This document shows, piece after piece, positions 38,447-51,798 of a DNA stretch of 64,000 nt. The notes below the pieces were generated by a model that was given only the letters and a program-made list of their open reading frames with translations, had not been told where the DNA came from and did not search any database. The stretch comes from Sarea resinae (lineage: Eukaryota), in contig JAPEUD010000023.1 in the NCBI GenBank assembly GCA_026026165.1, positions 124,001 through 188,000 of the forward strand, read 5' to 3'. Every line of letters starts with the position of its first letter. Within the stretch, counting starts at the first letter, position 1. Made by a program: the position numbers and the translations under genes.

Positions 38447-39050
38447 ATAGACCCAAGGACGCATGGACGTATGGATGTATGGAGGAACTAGGGATACAAT
38501 TCGAGTCGCGTCGAGTCGAGTCGAGTCGAGTCGATTCGATTCAAGCTTTTTGGACGGCTCATTGATCTGCCCGGCGACGGCCGGGTGGTGGTGGTGAGGT
38601 GGATGGTTGGCCGCGTGGCATCAAACGTAGGCGGCCGCGCGGCTGGAGCGGGGGCGAAGGGGTCGTGGCAGAGTGAGGACCTCTAGTCAATGGATATATT
38701 TCATCTACGAGGCGCGCACATCCCAATATCCGATTCACATTCAAGACACGGCATGGCATATACAAAAAAAAAAACAATCGTTAGGCAACACCAATCTAAA
38801 ATTCCGTTTCCTATTCTACCAACTCAAGACAGACGATCGACTCGTTCCGTCCACACCACACAGAAAGAGAGAAGACGACGACGCGGACGCATCAGCATCG
38901 AGAAAAAAGGAGAGTAAGAGCATGACAGAGAGCAGGAGAGAAGTCGAACCCTTCACATTGAACGCAAAGGTGAATATCAGGCGCTCAAATACAGGTATCC
39001 AAAAGAAATACCCTCCGCCGAAAGCGAGCTGGGGAATTACGACTTCAGAT

Positions 39051-40612
39051 TTACAAGAGGGTAGCGCCGAGGAAGGTAGAAGCAACGACAACGAGACCGC
39101 ACACAAGAGGAGCGAACTCAGGAGCGCGCATGGCACCAGCGGCGCTCTTTGCCGAGGCAGTCGAGGACGACGAGGACGACGTCGAGCTGCTGCCAGAGGA
39201 CGAAGCAGTGCCAGTGGCGGTGGCTTGACCAGATCCGGCCGAGGCAGTGCCACTGCTACCGGTACCAGCGTTCTGAGAACCGGAACCACCGAGACCAGCA
39301 CCCTTTCCAGCACCGGAGGTCATGTACTTCTTGGCTGGCGCAGGGATCTCAGGGAGAGCATCGCTGCTGACATCCCAGGTGTTAGACTTGGGCGGGCATT
39401 GGCTTGCGGTACCGTCATCAGTCTTGGCGCCACCAGATCCAGTGGGGTTGGGAGTGCCAGCATAGGCGGTCTTCAGCGCGTTGAAGTCGTCGAGTTCCTT
39501 GACGGTGTTGCCGCTAATCTGAACGAGACCGTAGTTGGAGCCCTCCTCGGCGTATTCGTAGACAAGACCACCAGAGTAGACACTGGTCATTTGGTCACCA
39601 TAGAGAGCAGCGACTTCCTGGAATTGACGCTTGTTGGTGTTGCAGCCATACTCGGAAAGGCTATCCGGCTGTTAGTTATGGTTCCGTGGCAGATGCGAGA
39701 TACTTGTACTTACAAGAGCGGGAGAGAGTAGTTGCTGAACAGCTTGACCTTGGTGTCCCAGCCAGATGTAGTGAACGAAGACGGGTCACACCATGAATAG
39801 TCGTTGAAGGCGAAGAAGTCAGAACGCTCGTCGTCAGTGCCGCAGTTCATATACTCGGCCATCTCTAGACGGTTAGAGTCGACATCGGCAGCAGAGTAAC
39901 CGACGGGGATCTGGCGGTATTTGCGGTTGCCAAGGTATTGTCTCATATCACGGGTGACAGCCTTGACGTAAGGAGCAGCAGAGGTAGAGTTGTCGCTGTT
40001 GATGACTTCGTTTCCGGAGAAGAAAGCGAGGGTGTTGTCGTACTTCTCGAACGCGTCAATGGTCGCGAAGATGTTCTGGAGGTAGACATCGTTGTAGGAC
40101 TCCTCGGGTTGGGCACGGTTGAGAGAATATTTGGGCGTGTTGACGTCCAAGACGAGATAGATGCCTGCATCTGCGAGTGCGTTCATGCACTCATCGTGGT
40201 CTTGAGTGTTGTCGACCGTGTAGACACGGACAGTGTTGATGCCGAGCTTGGTGAACTCAGCAATATCGCGTTTGCAGCCGTCGGCATCAGCAATGGGGTC
40301 CGCAACATTGGAAGAACCACCTGTGCAGATGTGTTAGCAATCCATCACACGTCCATCGAAACGAAACAGGCGCTCATTACCAGGTTGGTAGTCCACTCCA
40401 CGGATATAGAATCGGTCTTGGCCCGCGTAGAAAGCTATCACTTGTCAGAGAAAGATATCAACCGGAACAATCGCACTGGGACACTCACCGTTTCCTTTGA
40501 CCGTGACGGCCTGGAGAGAGGCTCGGGGAGCCAAGGGCTGGACGGCCGCAGAGAGAGCGGTACCAGCAGAAAGAGCCACCGTAGTGGACACGAAAGCTCC
40601 AACACCCTTCAT
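39051..40612 (-). CDS. gel1: GH72 1,3-beta-glucanosyltransferase, GPI-anchored, no CBM43 (Gel1/Gas5 type)
   Basis: Signal peptide [56 protein letters not shown], Ser-rich tail and hydrophobic GPI signal. Three introns. Confidence 0.96.
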
Positions 40613-42821
40613 TATGTCGAATATGTGGTCGTTAAACGGTAATTGAAGCAGGCTTTTTGATGGGGAAGAACGAATCACTGGATTGCTGCTGAGGAATGAT
40701 CCAAAGGGAAACGGGAAGAAGTTGTAACGATGGGATTGAGAGTCTCAAAGGAATGAGAGACTGTCAGCGAAGGAAGAATTAAGAATTGCTGTAAAAAGGA
40801 CAACCACGAACGAGTGCTGGTTGTTTGTTGGTGATGGATGAGATGGAAATGGAAATGGAGATGGAAAGAGTGAGAGTGAGAGAGAGACGGGGAGTAGAAG
40901 AAGGGAGGACGAGAGACAACGAGAGACGAGCGGACGGACAAGAATAGAGTGACAATGGGCCTGGGATGGGTTAGAGCACGCAGGAGCGAACCATCGAGAG
41001 GCAGCGACAGGCATCGGCCGAGCAGCCAAGTATCGACGTGTTTCTCCATTGCATCTGACACAGACTAGGACAGGTACGAAGTACACGCGCCCGCGCTGCG
41101 CCATACAAGAGCCGTAGCAGCGCGCGGTCTCGGGTACCTGGCACACGCAGGCACCGTCGTGCACTAGGGCCGAGGGTACTTCGGATACATGCGCCCACTA
41201 CGAGAAGCGAATGCGACGGGCGGCGGGTGCAAGAAAAAGGAGACTGGGGCTACTACTCGTAGTACGCCGTAGTAAAGCCACCGAACGCACCAGACAGGCA
41301 TCTCCTGAATCTGTCGCTCTTACCCCGGGCCTCTTTCTCCCCCCTCCCCCCCCCAAACCCACTCATCCATCTCTCTCGCTGGATGACAAGTATTCCTACC
41401 TGAGACATGCCCGCAGATACTATGCGAGCCAAAGGCACAGTACCTCCAGCTCGTGTCGCTTCTCTGACACGAGGGACGTACCCCATAGCGCCGCCTCGAT
41501 CGACTTGATGATATCCCCGCCCATCGCCCCATTCATCTGCCAGAGGAGCCGCCGTCCCTTCTAGGACGTCAAGGGCTCCTCCACTGTGACGAGGGTGGAG
41601 GAGAGCGCGCACCCTCCTCTCACGCTTGCCGCTTTCCAGTCAAGTATGAAGTATGAGCCGCCAAGTTCCTCTCCCAAGTCCCGTGCACCAGCACAGCCCC
41701 CCTCCGAAGAATTGTGGTAGCAGACAGCCATCATCCCATATGGCCTTTGCTGGTTGGCATGTCCATCGCAATCAAACGCCGCAACCGAAATTGCGTCCTG
41801 GAGCACGCGACAGGGTCTTTCTCTCCGCCGTCGCCAATGATAGAAGAGTACTGCAGTCGTGGGGTTTTCTTCGTTGACTCTCAAGTAACATACTCTGCGC
41901 AGTACACACTACTGCTGTCCTTGGTCGTCGTGATTGCCATCGTATTCGTTCGAGCCATCATATCATTACGTCGTGCATGGGAGAGCAAGCGGCAGCCGGG
42001 GCTCTCCCCTATCTCCTTAGGTAATTCGCATGGGTGGACGAGACATTCAGATGGGGCAAGCTGCTCGTCAACCAAAACACTCTAGAGGTACCCGACCGTA
42101 GGTACCAGACCAGCGGCCTTGAGCCATTCGCCTACGGAGTACACCCAGGGCGGCCCGCTTTTCAACATGAGCCCTGGTACTGATTCGAACAGGCGCGGCA
42201 AGAAGGCCAGGACAGAACAGACATTCATTGCATTCGCACCTAGGGTACGAAGTAGTTGCCTACCTCAGTTAAGGAGTACTGCGTACTCGTACTCTAGGGG
42301 GGTTGCCTTCTCTAGGAGCTTCTGCATTAGCGGCGCTCTAGAAAGCTTGTCTCGTCACCACGTCTTGTCAGAACCTGAAGGTTGGGAAATCTTAGACATG
42401 ACGAATGAAGAAGTTCTACGGGACGTACTTCTCTATGCCAGCAATCGCTGTGGTAGGAGGGAAGGAGTGGGTGTGGGGCCGCTGCTATGTTTATCACTCG
42501 ACATCATCAATGTCTCATCCGCTTTTCTTCCAGACTGTTTGGAACACGTAAATCTCCTACTCATGCACACACGCTGGCGAAGAGAATGTACAAAAAAAGG
42601 CTGAGACTGAACCGGCCTGCTTCGAAGAAAATGTGGAAGGGATCTCTATGCAGACTCACCGCCCCGCCCTAAAGATCACAAAGAAGCAAGGTGCCAACTC
42701 CAGACGTCCATGGCGATGCGTAGACCCCAATGTCGAATATGCACGCGAAGAGAGAATGATACAACGATAAACCATACGTCCGGCCTCAAGTAGTCATCGG
42801 CAGCCAACCTACCCCAGGCGC

Positions 42822-45409
42822 CTACGAGATTTCCTGGATGTAATTCGCAGGCACGCTCCTCGTCTCGCCGCCCTTTTCCACGTCGGCCCATCCATCTCCC
42901 GAATCTTTGTTTATGAGCACGAATCGATCGCCCTCCGCCATGTTCCACTCAGCTTCACTGCGAGCTTCGTAATCGTATAGAGCTTCGACGTATTTAAGCT
43001 TCTTAGCGCCCCTCTTAGGAGCTACTGCCGGGCCCTTCTTTTTGCCTCCTGTCGCGGCTACAGTACTGGAAAGGGAGGCTGAGGAGTTTGAATACGTCGA
43101 TGCAGGCCTCTCGGATAAGGGATTTGCTGAAGGGACGATTTCCGCGTAAGCTGCTGGAATCAGACCCTCCTCGGAACCAGCTCGAACTCGCATCCATCCT
43201 GAACCGTCTACACCCGATTATTAGCCGATATGACGATGGCATGGGCAATGGAAGAGGATTGGAGTAAATTACCGTCAGGTTCCACGACTACAATAGTCTG
43301 CCCCTCATCCACGGTGAGCTCACCATCGCCATTGGACTGATACGCATACATCATCTTTCCCCTCTGCTCCCCGGGCTTTAGACCACCACCGTTCAACTCG
43401 GCTCCTTGACTCACATACTGCGCCGGTGGTGGCGCCACAACTCTGTTCTTTTTCAATGCACCTGCGATCGGCTTGACCGTACCGCTTCGCTCTGGTCCCT
43501 CTTCTGTTGCGGTCTTCCCACTCAGCCCAGAAAGGGTTCTTTGCGCACTCGTAGCGTAACCAGAGCTCAAGGAATTCATTGTGTTGCTCCTACTCAGTTC
43601 TGGTCGTTCCGCTGCTCCGTTCGGTGGCGTCGCAGTAGTAGTATGATGGGCATGAGCAGCGTGCGCCGCATCTTGCCGCTCAACCTTTAATTTCTTCTTC
43701 TGCTCCTTTGTTTGCTCTCCCGGACATTCAGCAGGGACTTTCATTTCGCATTTACTGTGGCACGTGTAACCACAATCGCGGCAGTCGAAGCCTTTAGCCG
43801 AGAGACCCCATATTCGCTCGCCACATAGATCGCAATTTGTCGGTATCTTGAAGGTTTGAGACTTGAAATCGTGAGTGCTTGCACCTAACGTAACATCACC
43901 AACTGTCGAAGTGATAGTCGAAACTTCCACCTCGGCCGCCAGACGCTTGTGGTCGATTTGATGCAGGTCACCTTGCATCGAGAGAACTGCTTGAACGACC
44001 TCTACCTCGTCTCTTTTGTCTTTGCCGGCCTTTATATTTGTCCTCACTTGTTTCACGTTTTCCACCTCCTTTCGCTTCTTCTCAACTTCCCTTCGAAGTT
44101 CGGAGAGTTGACCTTTGCCTTTCCCAAGCACGTTTCGCAGAAATACTTTTGCCGCTTCATCCGTGACCATAACATCATCATCATGCCAAACAGGACTTGG
44201 TTCGAAAGCCATATCCGCAGGTTCTTGCCAGCCCCCAGCATTATGTTTCGCGAACATGGCTGAGTCCAGATGAGGACTGTTGCGAGGTATCTCCGCCGAA
44301 AGATGATTTAAGTGTTCAAGGCTCCTCGACAGTAGCGATGTCTCCAATTGTGCTGCTAAAGACCATACCGAGTTCAACTTTGCAGTCCTCGTTTCTGACA
44401 AGTCCTGCATGCTCTGCATAAACCGTCAGCATCGTCTTTAGGGTACTTTTAATCGTGCGGCCGTGCTTACATCTAACAATTCAGGTATGTACTCATGGTA
44501 ATACCTTTCCTTTAGCTTGTTGGTCACATTGATGCTTATGATGTAAGTATTCTGCGAGCGTTAGCGCTTGAGTTACGTGGCCCAGAAAACTAATGAGCCC
44601 ATACCTTCACATTGTGCATATCAAGCAGTTGCTGCTGATATGCATTTTGGGCTTTGCCCTTATTAGAATCGAACGATGAGTCAATCTTTTTTCTCCTGTT
44701 CTCCACCTCCTGGCATACAACATCGTAATTTGCCTTCACCTTCTTCAAGTCTGCGTAAGATCCATCTCGCTCCTTTTCCAGTAACGCTGCGTAGTCCGCA
44801 TGGCGCCTTCTTAGCTCTTCATACCGTGTTGCCACGGCTCGAAGAGGGTCGGCAACATGCGAGATTAGCTCTGTGGAAAAGCGGTCGTGCTCCGCCGCTC
44901 GAGATTCCAAAGTGGAAAGTTGAGTACCCCATGTGGTCAGAGAGGCACTAAGTGAAAGAGACAAGTCAGGACCGCCTCCTTTGAACCCGGAAACACATGC
45001 TTGCCATACCTTTCCAGCGAGCCAGGTGTCATAGTCGGCGTCTCACCAACGCTGAGACTACTCGTCTTCTTTGCCTTCTTCTCGAAATATTTTTTGGCCA
45101 AGCCATTGAGCTTGGCGGCATATTCTCTCTCAATGGCACTGCGCTCCCGGTAGAATTGTTGGATATCGTCCAGCCATAATATGCCGTTCGCGACCTATCG
45201 TGTGCACGATCAGTGTGTGTTCCACTCGCTTCCGCTGCTGAGGTTGATGTCATGGCGCAATGCGTACCCAGGCATTTACAGGCTTAAAGGCATCCTAGAA
45301 GATATGGCACGTCAGCTTCTCTCTCCTGTGCGCCTTGTGGAGGATCATTCGGCAGAATGTATACCTTCAATTCCGCCCCGAAGCTGGGCGCCACGTCCAC
45401 CTGCGCCAT
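42822..45409 (-). CDS. BZZ1: F-BAR / C1 / double-SH3 endocytic protein Bzz1
   Basis: MAQVDVAPSFGAELK-DAFKP...FYRERSAIEREYAAKL (F-BAR), HDFKSQTFKIPTNCDLC...CRDCGYTCHSKC (C1), two SH3 domains ending SVPANYIQEIS*. Confidence 0.95.
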
Positions 45410-45929
45410 TGACCTGGTTGGATTCCTCAGAAGATGGCTATCCTGAGGGCACTCACAGTAGAGTACAGTACGCGCTCGAGCAGACCCAGGAGTTCACAGG
45501 GCGCAATGCGTGTAGTTGGAGCAGTAATAACAGTATGAGGGCATCAGAGCATCAGAATGTGAGAGTATGAGCTCAGAGGTGACACTTGTGATAGGGCGGG
45601 GAGGGTTGCACGGTAGAAGGCGGGATTAGGATTAGGCAAGACAAGCCAACCCTGCCCTGTCCTTATGGATACGTTACGTACGACACTGGGCAGTAACAGC
45701 TTGGAAGCAGGAACTGCGGAACTGCAGGTGCACCATCCATATCATCAGGCAAGATCAGGTACGACAGTACGGTGACCTCTTCAACCATCGATGGTAGCTC
45801 ACTGGAGTGGAGACCCGTACCTTCATTGCCTACCGCAGTAGGTACCTCCCTAACCTACTACTACATTATACAGCACACATATCAAATTCATCATCGTCTG
45901 CGTGCGTGGGGAGCCTCACGTCCAACAAG

Positions 45930-46756
45930 ATGGCCATCAAGTAAGGACTCTCTGAGGATTTCCTCGTGCTCAGTGACAGCAATGCTAATGGGTTCATCTT
46001 CCCAGCTACCTCATCCTGCTCTCTCGGCAGGGCAAAGTTGTAAGTCCATCAATACCCCTCCCACGAGAACTCATTGTTTTGAACGCCGCTGACCGAGCCC
46101 TCAGCGTCTTGCCAAATGGTTCACCACCCTGTCCCCAAAGGAGAAGGCCAAGATCGTCAAGGACGTCTCGCAACTAGTCCTCTCTCGTCGGACTCGGATG
46201 TGTAATTTCCTCGAATACAAAGGTTCCCAGTCCCTCTGAGGCAATGGTCGATGGACGCAGCTAACAAAATGTTCCAATCAGATACCAAGGTCGTCTATCG
46301 GCGATACGCATCCCTCTTCTTCATTGCCGGCTGCTCTTCAACCGACAACGAATTGATCACGCTCGAGATTGTGCATCGCTACGTCGAGCAGATGGACAAG
46401 TACTACGGCAATGTCTGCGAGCTGGATATCATCTTCAACTTCCAGAAAGCCTACTTCATCCTTGATGAGCTATTGTTGGCCGGCGAGATGCAGGAGAGCA
46501 GCAAGAAGAACGTGCTGAGGTGTATCAGTCAGCAGGATAGTTTGGAAGACATGGAGGTAAGCAACATATGATTTCCGGAGGGTTTTCGAAAAGGGCGTAC
46601 TACACTGTGCGTCGTAGGTCCAGTTCAAGCTGTCTACCTCCCTCTGAAACCGTTCAAATCATGTCTTGGACGATGTGTATGATTATCGGAGGGCAGACTG
46701 ACATATTCTCCTCTCATCTCCAGGTCGAGGATGACGGGATTACCAAGATAGCTTGA
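45930..46756 (+). CDS. APS1: AP-1 adaptor complex sigma subunit
   Basis: Five exons. [17 protein letters not shown]...[10 protein letters not shown]...[15 protein letters not shown]...[19 protein letters not shown]. Confidence 0.95.
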
Positions 46757-48136
46757 GCCTGTTTAGCCAAGCAGCTTTTCCATTGTTATTAAGAGCGGAA
46801 CGTGTTTTCAACGGGCGTTTACGGTCCCGGATGGATTACCTATGGGAGAGGGGTATTTTTCGAGAAGCATGACTGCTAATTCGTTATCCACGTTTCGTCG
46901 AAACAGGAGCAGGACGATGTCGTTGAGAATCTTCGCACAAGTGGTGTACTCTGATCGGCATCGAAGACTGTCTGGTACTGGGAGAGGGGTACTCCAGATT
47001 TGAGGGGCACCTCTCTGGCGCATGGCGAATCCGGGAATATCATTTGAGCATCTTGTCTTTACTGTTTGCGGCTTCATCCACTGAGTGACCCTCGCCTTAG
47101 GCAGGGACCAGCGATCAATAGATCTTTACACTCGATGACTTCCGTGATGTTGATTGCATGTTGTCGTGCCCCGTGCTAATGCTATGATTGATCGAATGGA
47201 GATGGAGATGGAGATGAAGATGGAGATGGAGATGGAGAGATGGGGAAATGCTGGGGCATTTGAATCTACTGATGACGGGGCCTCTAGTGCGACTGGATGC
47301 TTGACCATTGACGATTCGAATCTCGCTCACGGACGCTCTCATCAATAACGCCGTCAGACATGGCATAGAGGCCTAAAGGGGCGCAATTCATTCATCCAGC
47401 ACAACCACCCCTCGTGGACTTCATCGGACTTCTGAGTGGTCATCGGCTCCCACGGTTGCCCTGTCGGCAATGCAACGGAAAGTCGTGGCGGACAGACTGT
47501 CCTCCATGCTGCTTAGTCACCCACCCCACCACCCGTGTTCCCGGTATCGCTATCGACGGTCAACGTGATTGATGGCCGCTGATCTCTTGGCTTGCTCCCT
47601 CCTCCGCATTCAGTCATCATCATCCCCTCCTGGCTTCACCTCCATCTTCTTTCATTCATCAATATCAACAACACCATATAGCTATCATTGCTATGTCTTT
47701 TTCTACTTCAGTTCAACCCATGTCCGCTTGCTAGACGTTCACCGTCTAGCTAGTACGAGCATCCTGAGTCCATTCTCTGCCGCCAGCTTAGAGTGACCTC
47801 ATCGTTTGCCCATCTTTGCTTCAACTCTTCTGCGACAGTGATTGCGACCGCGACGGCAACCATATCTAGTCCAGCCAACCTAGCGCATTACTTTCACAGG
47901 CCAATACTTGAAGCGCACGACGGACTCTTTTGAATTCCACCTTATCCAATACCCGACTTGCTCGCTCGCGAACAAGCTTGCGAAGCTCCTCGACATCTCA
48001 TCATCTCAACATCGCGCGTCGCGTCAATCGCCCTCAATTAACAATCGCACTCTCTCACGCCGAAAGCAACAAGAGCAGATCTCAAACGCTCAATCTTCTG
48101 TTCGACGGCTCGTCTGTCATTTTGCAATTGTTCAAG

Positions 48137-49340
48137 ATGAAGGTAAGCTCAATGTCCTGGAGAACGGAGTCGCGCGTCCAGAAGTCCTATCGAATAGGTT
48201 TTCTTATAATCATTCAACATCAAGCTGATCCGATGACATTAGTTCCTTCCACTTCGCGACTTTGACGACGTCACCAGCGCGCTCAACTTCGACACGCCCG
48301 ACTGCCACGTCATCGGCGGCTGCGACCTCTACACAACGAAGGCTGCCGGTTCCGACAAGAAATTGTACAAAACAATCGAGAATTCCCTCGAATCGCAGTA
48401 CGAATCCCTTCTACGCCTATCAGCTTCTCTCTCCCCGCCGCAAGCCACCTCGGCCGCCTCGTCGCTCAACCTGAGTCGCTCGAGTCCCTTTGGCCCTCTG
48501 AGCCAGATCTCAAGCCGTCGCACCTTCGCCTACCTAATCGCAACACTCAACGCAAGCCATCCAGATTACGACTTCAGCCATATCCTGCGGCCCACCGACT
48601 TCCGTCGCGAACGCACGCTGAGATCGGTCATGAATACCCTTGACTCAACCCTCTACAATCTGCGTCCACGCCCGTCGAATTCCTCTCTCGCGGCTCCACC
48701 TCCGTGGACTACCACAATCGCCCCAGCCAGCTGCCCACCAGCTCCAGGAGGGGGGCATATTTGGGGTCCGCGCATGTGGGGTCTGATCGACAAAGAGATG
48801 AACCTGAAGGAATGCAGCATCTACTGCTACGCGCCCGAAGAGGACCCTTATGACGGCGAAGATGGCGCCATCTGGAGCTTCAATTATTTCTTCTTCAACA
48901 AAGCGCGCAAGCGTGTCTGCTATCTCTATCTGCGCGGTTTGAGCGTTATGAGCCATTCCCCTGCGCAGCGATCTACCATGCTCGCGAGTGGCGGAAAGGG
49001 CAAAGGTATGGCTAGCAGCGCCGATTGGGGCGCGGATAAGCGGGCCAAGTACTGGCTGGGCGATCGCGCCGATGGAGGCGATGTCAGGGGAGGATGGGGC
49101 GAGGATGATGAAGAGGATGAAGTGCTGGGCGATTGGGATGATGACGAGGTCGACGAGGATGAGGTCATTGATGATGGGGATGAATTGGGGTATCACTTCA
49201 GCGAGGAAGACGACGATGACGAGGAAGAGAATGCCGCGAGCGTCGAGGCCAGGCACGAAGTTTTGAGAAAGGAGAGGGAGAGAAGGAAGAGTCATGTCAG
49301 GGGTATGAGTGAGGATATTGCCGAGTCTATGGAAGTGTAA
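48137..49340 (+). CDS. MAF1: RNA polymerase III repressor Maf1
   Basis: Two-codon first exon (ATGAAG|GTAAGC), exon 2 from 48243. GGCDLYTTKAAGSDKKLYK, YLIATLNASHPDYDFS, WSFNYFFFNKARKRV and an acidic tail. Confidence 0.97.
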
Positions 49341-50723
49341 ACTTTCTTTCTTTTCTATCCTTTCTCTCTGTTTCTCTCATCTTCATTCCCATTTTCCCTT
49401 CTCGATTCTTCGGTGTTGGTCCTTGTCCCACGTGTTCTATGAACCAGCCGTTCGCGCGTCGTTCTCCTTAGTTCTTCATCTGTTTTCCTAGGGCCGGGCT
49501 CTAGGTTCTCTTCTCCAAAGGATAATTTTCCGTCTTTCATCTACGCAGGCCTTCTTCTTATTGCATACTCGACCCGGTGGGAGCGGCTCGGTTTTGCGAT
49601 GATACCTGCATTTTGTTTTCTGTCTCATCTTTCCAATCTCTGTTCACTTCCTGGCCTACTTTTACGCAAATGGATTTGGAACGGCTGTGGAGGCGACCGC
49701 GACCGCGACCGCGCGGTAGCTTTGGGAATTAATACCCACGGCCGAGCAGACTCGTTCGCCGGGTAGGCGGTTGGTTGGTTTTTGTTTTCCGGATTGTCGG
49801 ATGGCGTGGCGTTTCCTTAATCCTCTCGTGTCCGGTGAGAGCGGATGGCGCGGCGCAACGCGGCGCGGCGCAGGATAGGATAGGATAGGACAGGACAGGA
49901 CAGGATAGGCAACCCTGTGGACGTTTGGTGTGGGAGGTTTCTTTCTTTGCCTGTCTGGGCAATATCGAGCAAATGCGCGGGCTGGGGGAGCGGGCGTCTT
50001 AGTACTTATTACGCTTGTCATTTTGTACATGAGTTCCTATTAATTCAGAATCGACTGAACTGAATTGAAAAGGCGATGAGAGCGCTGTGTTTGTGAGATT
50101 TGTTCGATGGAATGCATCTGTGGATATGCAAATTGAGGCTTGCGAGTGGTGTGAGGTTGGTATCTGTCTATCTATCTGTCTGATGGTGGATGATGACGAA
50201 AAGCATGAGCCCACGTGGAATATTTCTGTGTGCGTTCCCTGCTGCCCCTGTGCCGTTATGTGAGTGAGTGAGTGAGCGAGTGAGTGAGTATATTTCCATC
50301 CCACCCAGCTCCGATGTCTATGCCCTCGTAAAAACCCCCGTATGCCTCAAAGAATCCCATTTTGATGTCCATCCAGTCCGGTCCGAAACCCCCGTACCAC
50401 CACGCTCCGTGTCCCTCCTTGTCTCCGAGTCCTTTATTCTGCCCCGTTTTCGGGCACTTCTCGCTCTAACCTCTGGCAGATGTATTATATCTGCTCTTGA
50501 GTTGATTTCATCCCCACATATCCCCGACCCAGGACCTCGGATTTCATCTCATCTTGGCCGCGCGAACTCGTTCCTTCGCCAGCTGTATTGCTAGTTGGAG
50601 TGGAGTTCTGCCAGTCACTAAATCTATAGAGCAGAGGAGATCTCTGCTACTTTCCCGCACCGCAGAGCAAAGCCATTCTTCGCCCATTGTTCCTTTCGAG
50701 ACCCAATACTTCCCCCAAAGCTC

Positions 50724-51419
50724 TTATTCGCCTTCGTTCCGTCCGTCCTCTTCCCCTTCCCCCTCCCCATCCTCACCGTTCAATTCTCTCACCCACTCTT
50801 CCTGTAATCGTCTTGCCACGCCCTCGAGCTCCATCAACGCGGCTCTGACTTCTCCTCTGCTTCCTCCAGGCGCCACAACCGTTGCTATCATTGCTGGAGG
50901 GTTGGAGTCGTCTTCGGCCGCTGCCATTGTGGAAGCATTTCCGGTAGCGACAGAGACATCTCCGCGCCCAGCGACCCCTAGACTCCCCTCCCCATTCGCG
51001 GCACCCGCGGCATCCGGCACCTCCAATGTGGCTGATCCCTCTCCAGCTGGCCCGGAACCCTCGCTACCAGATGCTGCCGTCGGCGGAGCAACATAAGCCT
51101 GTGACAGCGTTGTGCCATCCTTCAGCTCAGCCCCGATGCGCAGCGCAGGGCCGAAACCTACGCGAGAGGTATTCTCGTGCGCGGTGAGGAAAGTGTTGGT
51201 GAGGTAGGTGAGGGAGGCCGAGGTGGTGTTCTCGTGATGGTTGTCATCGGCGTCACGGTTATGCGCGGAGGAAGAAGAGTCTGGCCGTGGAGAGGAAGAA
51301 GTGAGTGTTTGGGAATTGTCTGCAGCGGTCGAGGTTATGGGAAAAGTGGTCGAGTCCGTGAGGTGCAGTGAGAGGGTTGGGTGTGCGCGTGCTATCGGTG
51401 TTGGAGGGTCTGGCGACAT
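50724..51419 (-). CDS. Hypothetical protein; candidate LAMTOR3/MP1-like roadblock protein
   Basis: Intronless 231-aa ORF, divergent from the golgin gene. Ordered blocks separated by low-complexity inserts resemble LAMTOR3 (see findings). Confidence 0.75.
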   Translation of the reverse strand: MSPDPPTPIARAHPTLSLHLTDSTTFPITSTAADNSQTLTSSSPRPDSSSSAHNRDADDNHHENTTSASLTYLTNTFLTAHENTSRVGFGPALRIGAELKDGTTLSQAYVAPPTAASGSEGSGPAGEGSATLEVPDAAGAANGEGSLGVAGRGDVSVATGNASTMAAAEDDSNPPAMIATVVAPGGSRGEVRAALMELEGVARRLQEEWVRELNGEDGEGEGEEDGRNEGE

Positions 51420-51798
51420 GTTGAATGCTCCTTTGAGGCAGCTCGAGAGATCTTGGTGGACTAAATGCTATGGATTCATGAGGTTGTGAGGATTTGTGAG
51501 GATTCACGGGGATTGTGTGCAGAATTGAAGCTCTTCATGCTGTCTCTGCCTCTGTCTCAGCTGGAGCTCTTCTCTGCGTTGGAAAGCTTTCCATTATGAC
51601 CTAAACGAGCTCTCTGGTTCGCCTACGCCATAGGTGCCCCATTCGGTATGCTTAGCGAGAGCTCATCCGGGGGTCTGGTCTCGAGTACGCAGTATGTATG
51701 GGCGACCCGTCCAAGGGACCTGGAAGCTGAACAACAACCAACCGCGTCTCCGTTCAATGTCCATAGCATTGTGAAGCCTGCTGTCACCCCACTTCACC

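Noticed and set aside
38673..39731. 352-aa + strand ORF
   Set aside because: Antisense to gel1 and its 3' UTR, with no independent protein features.
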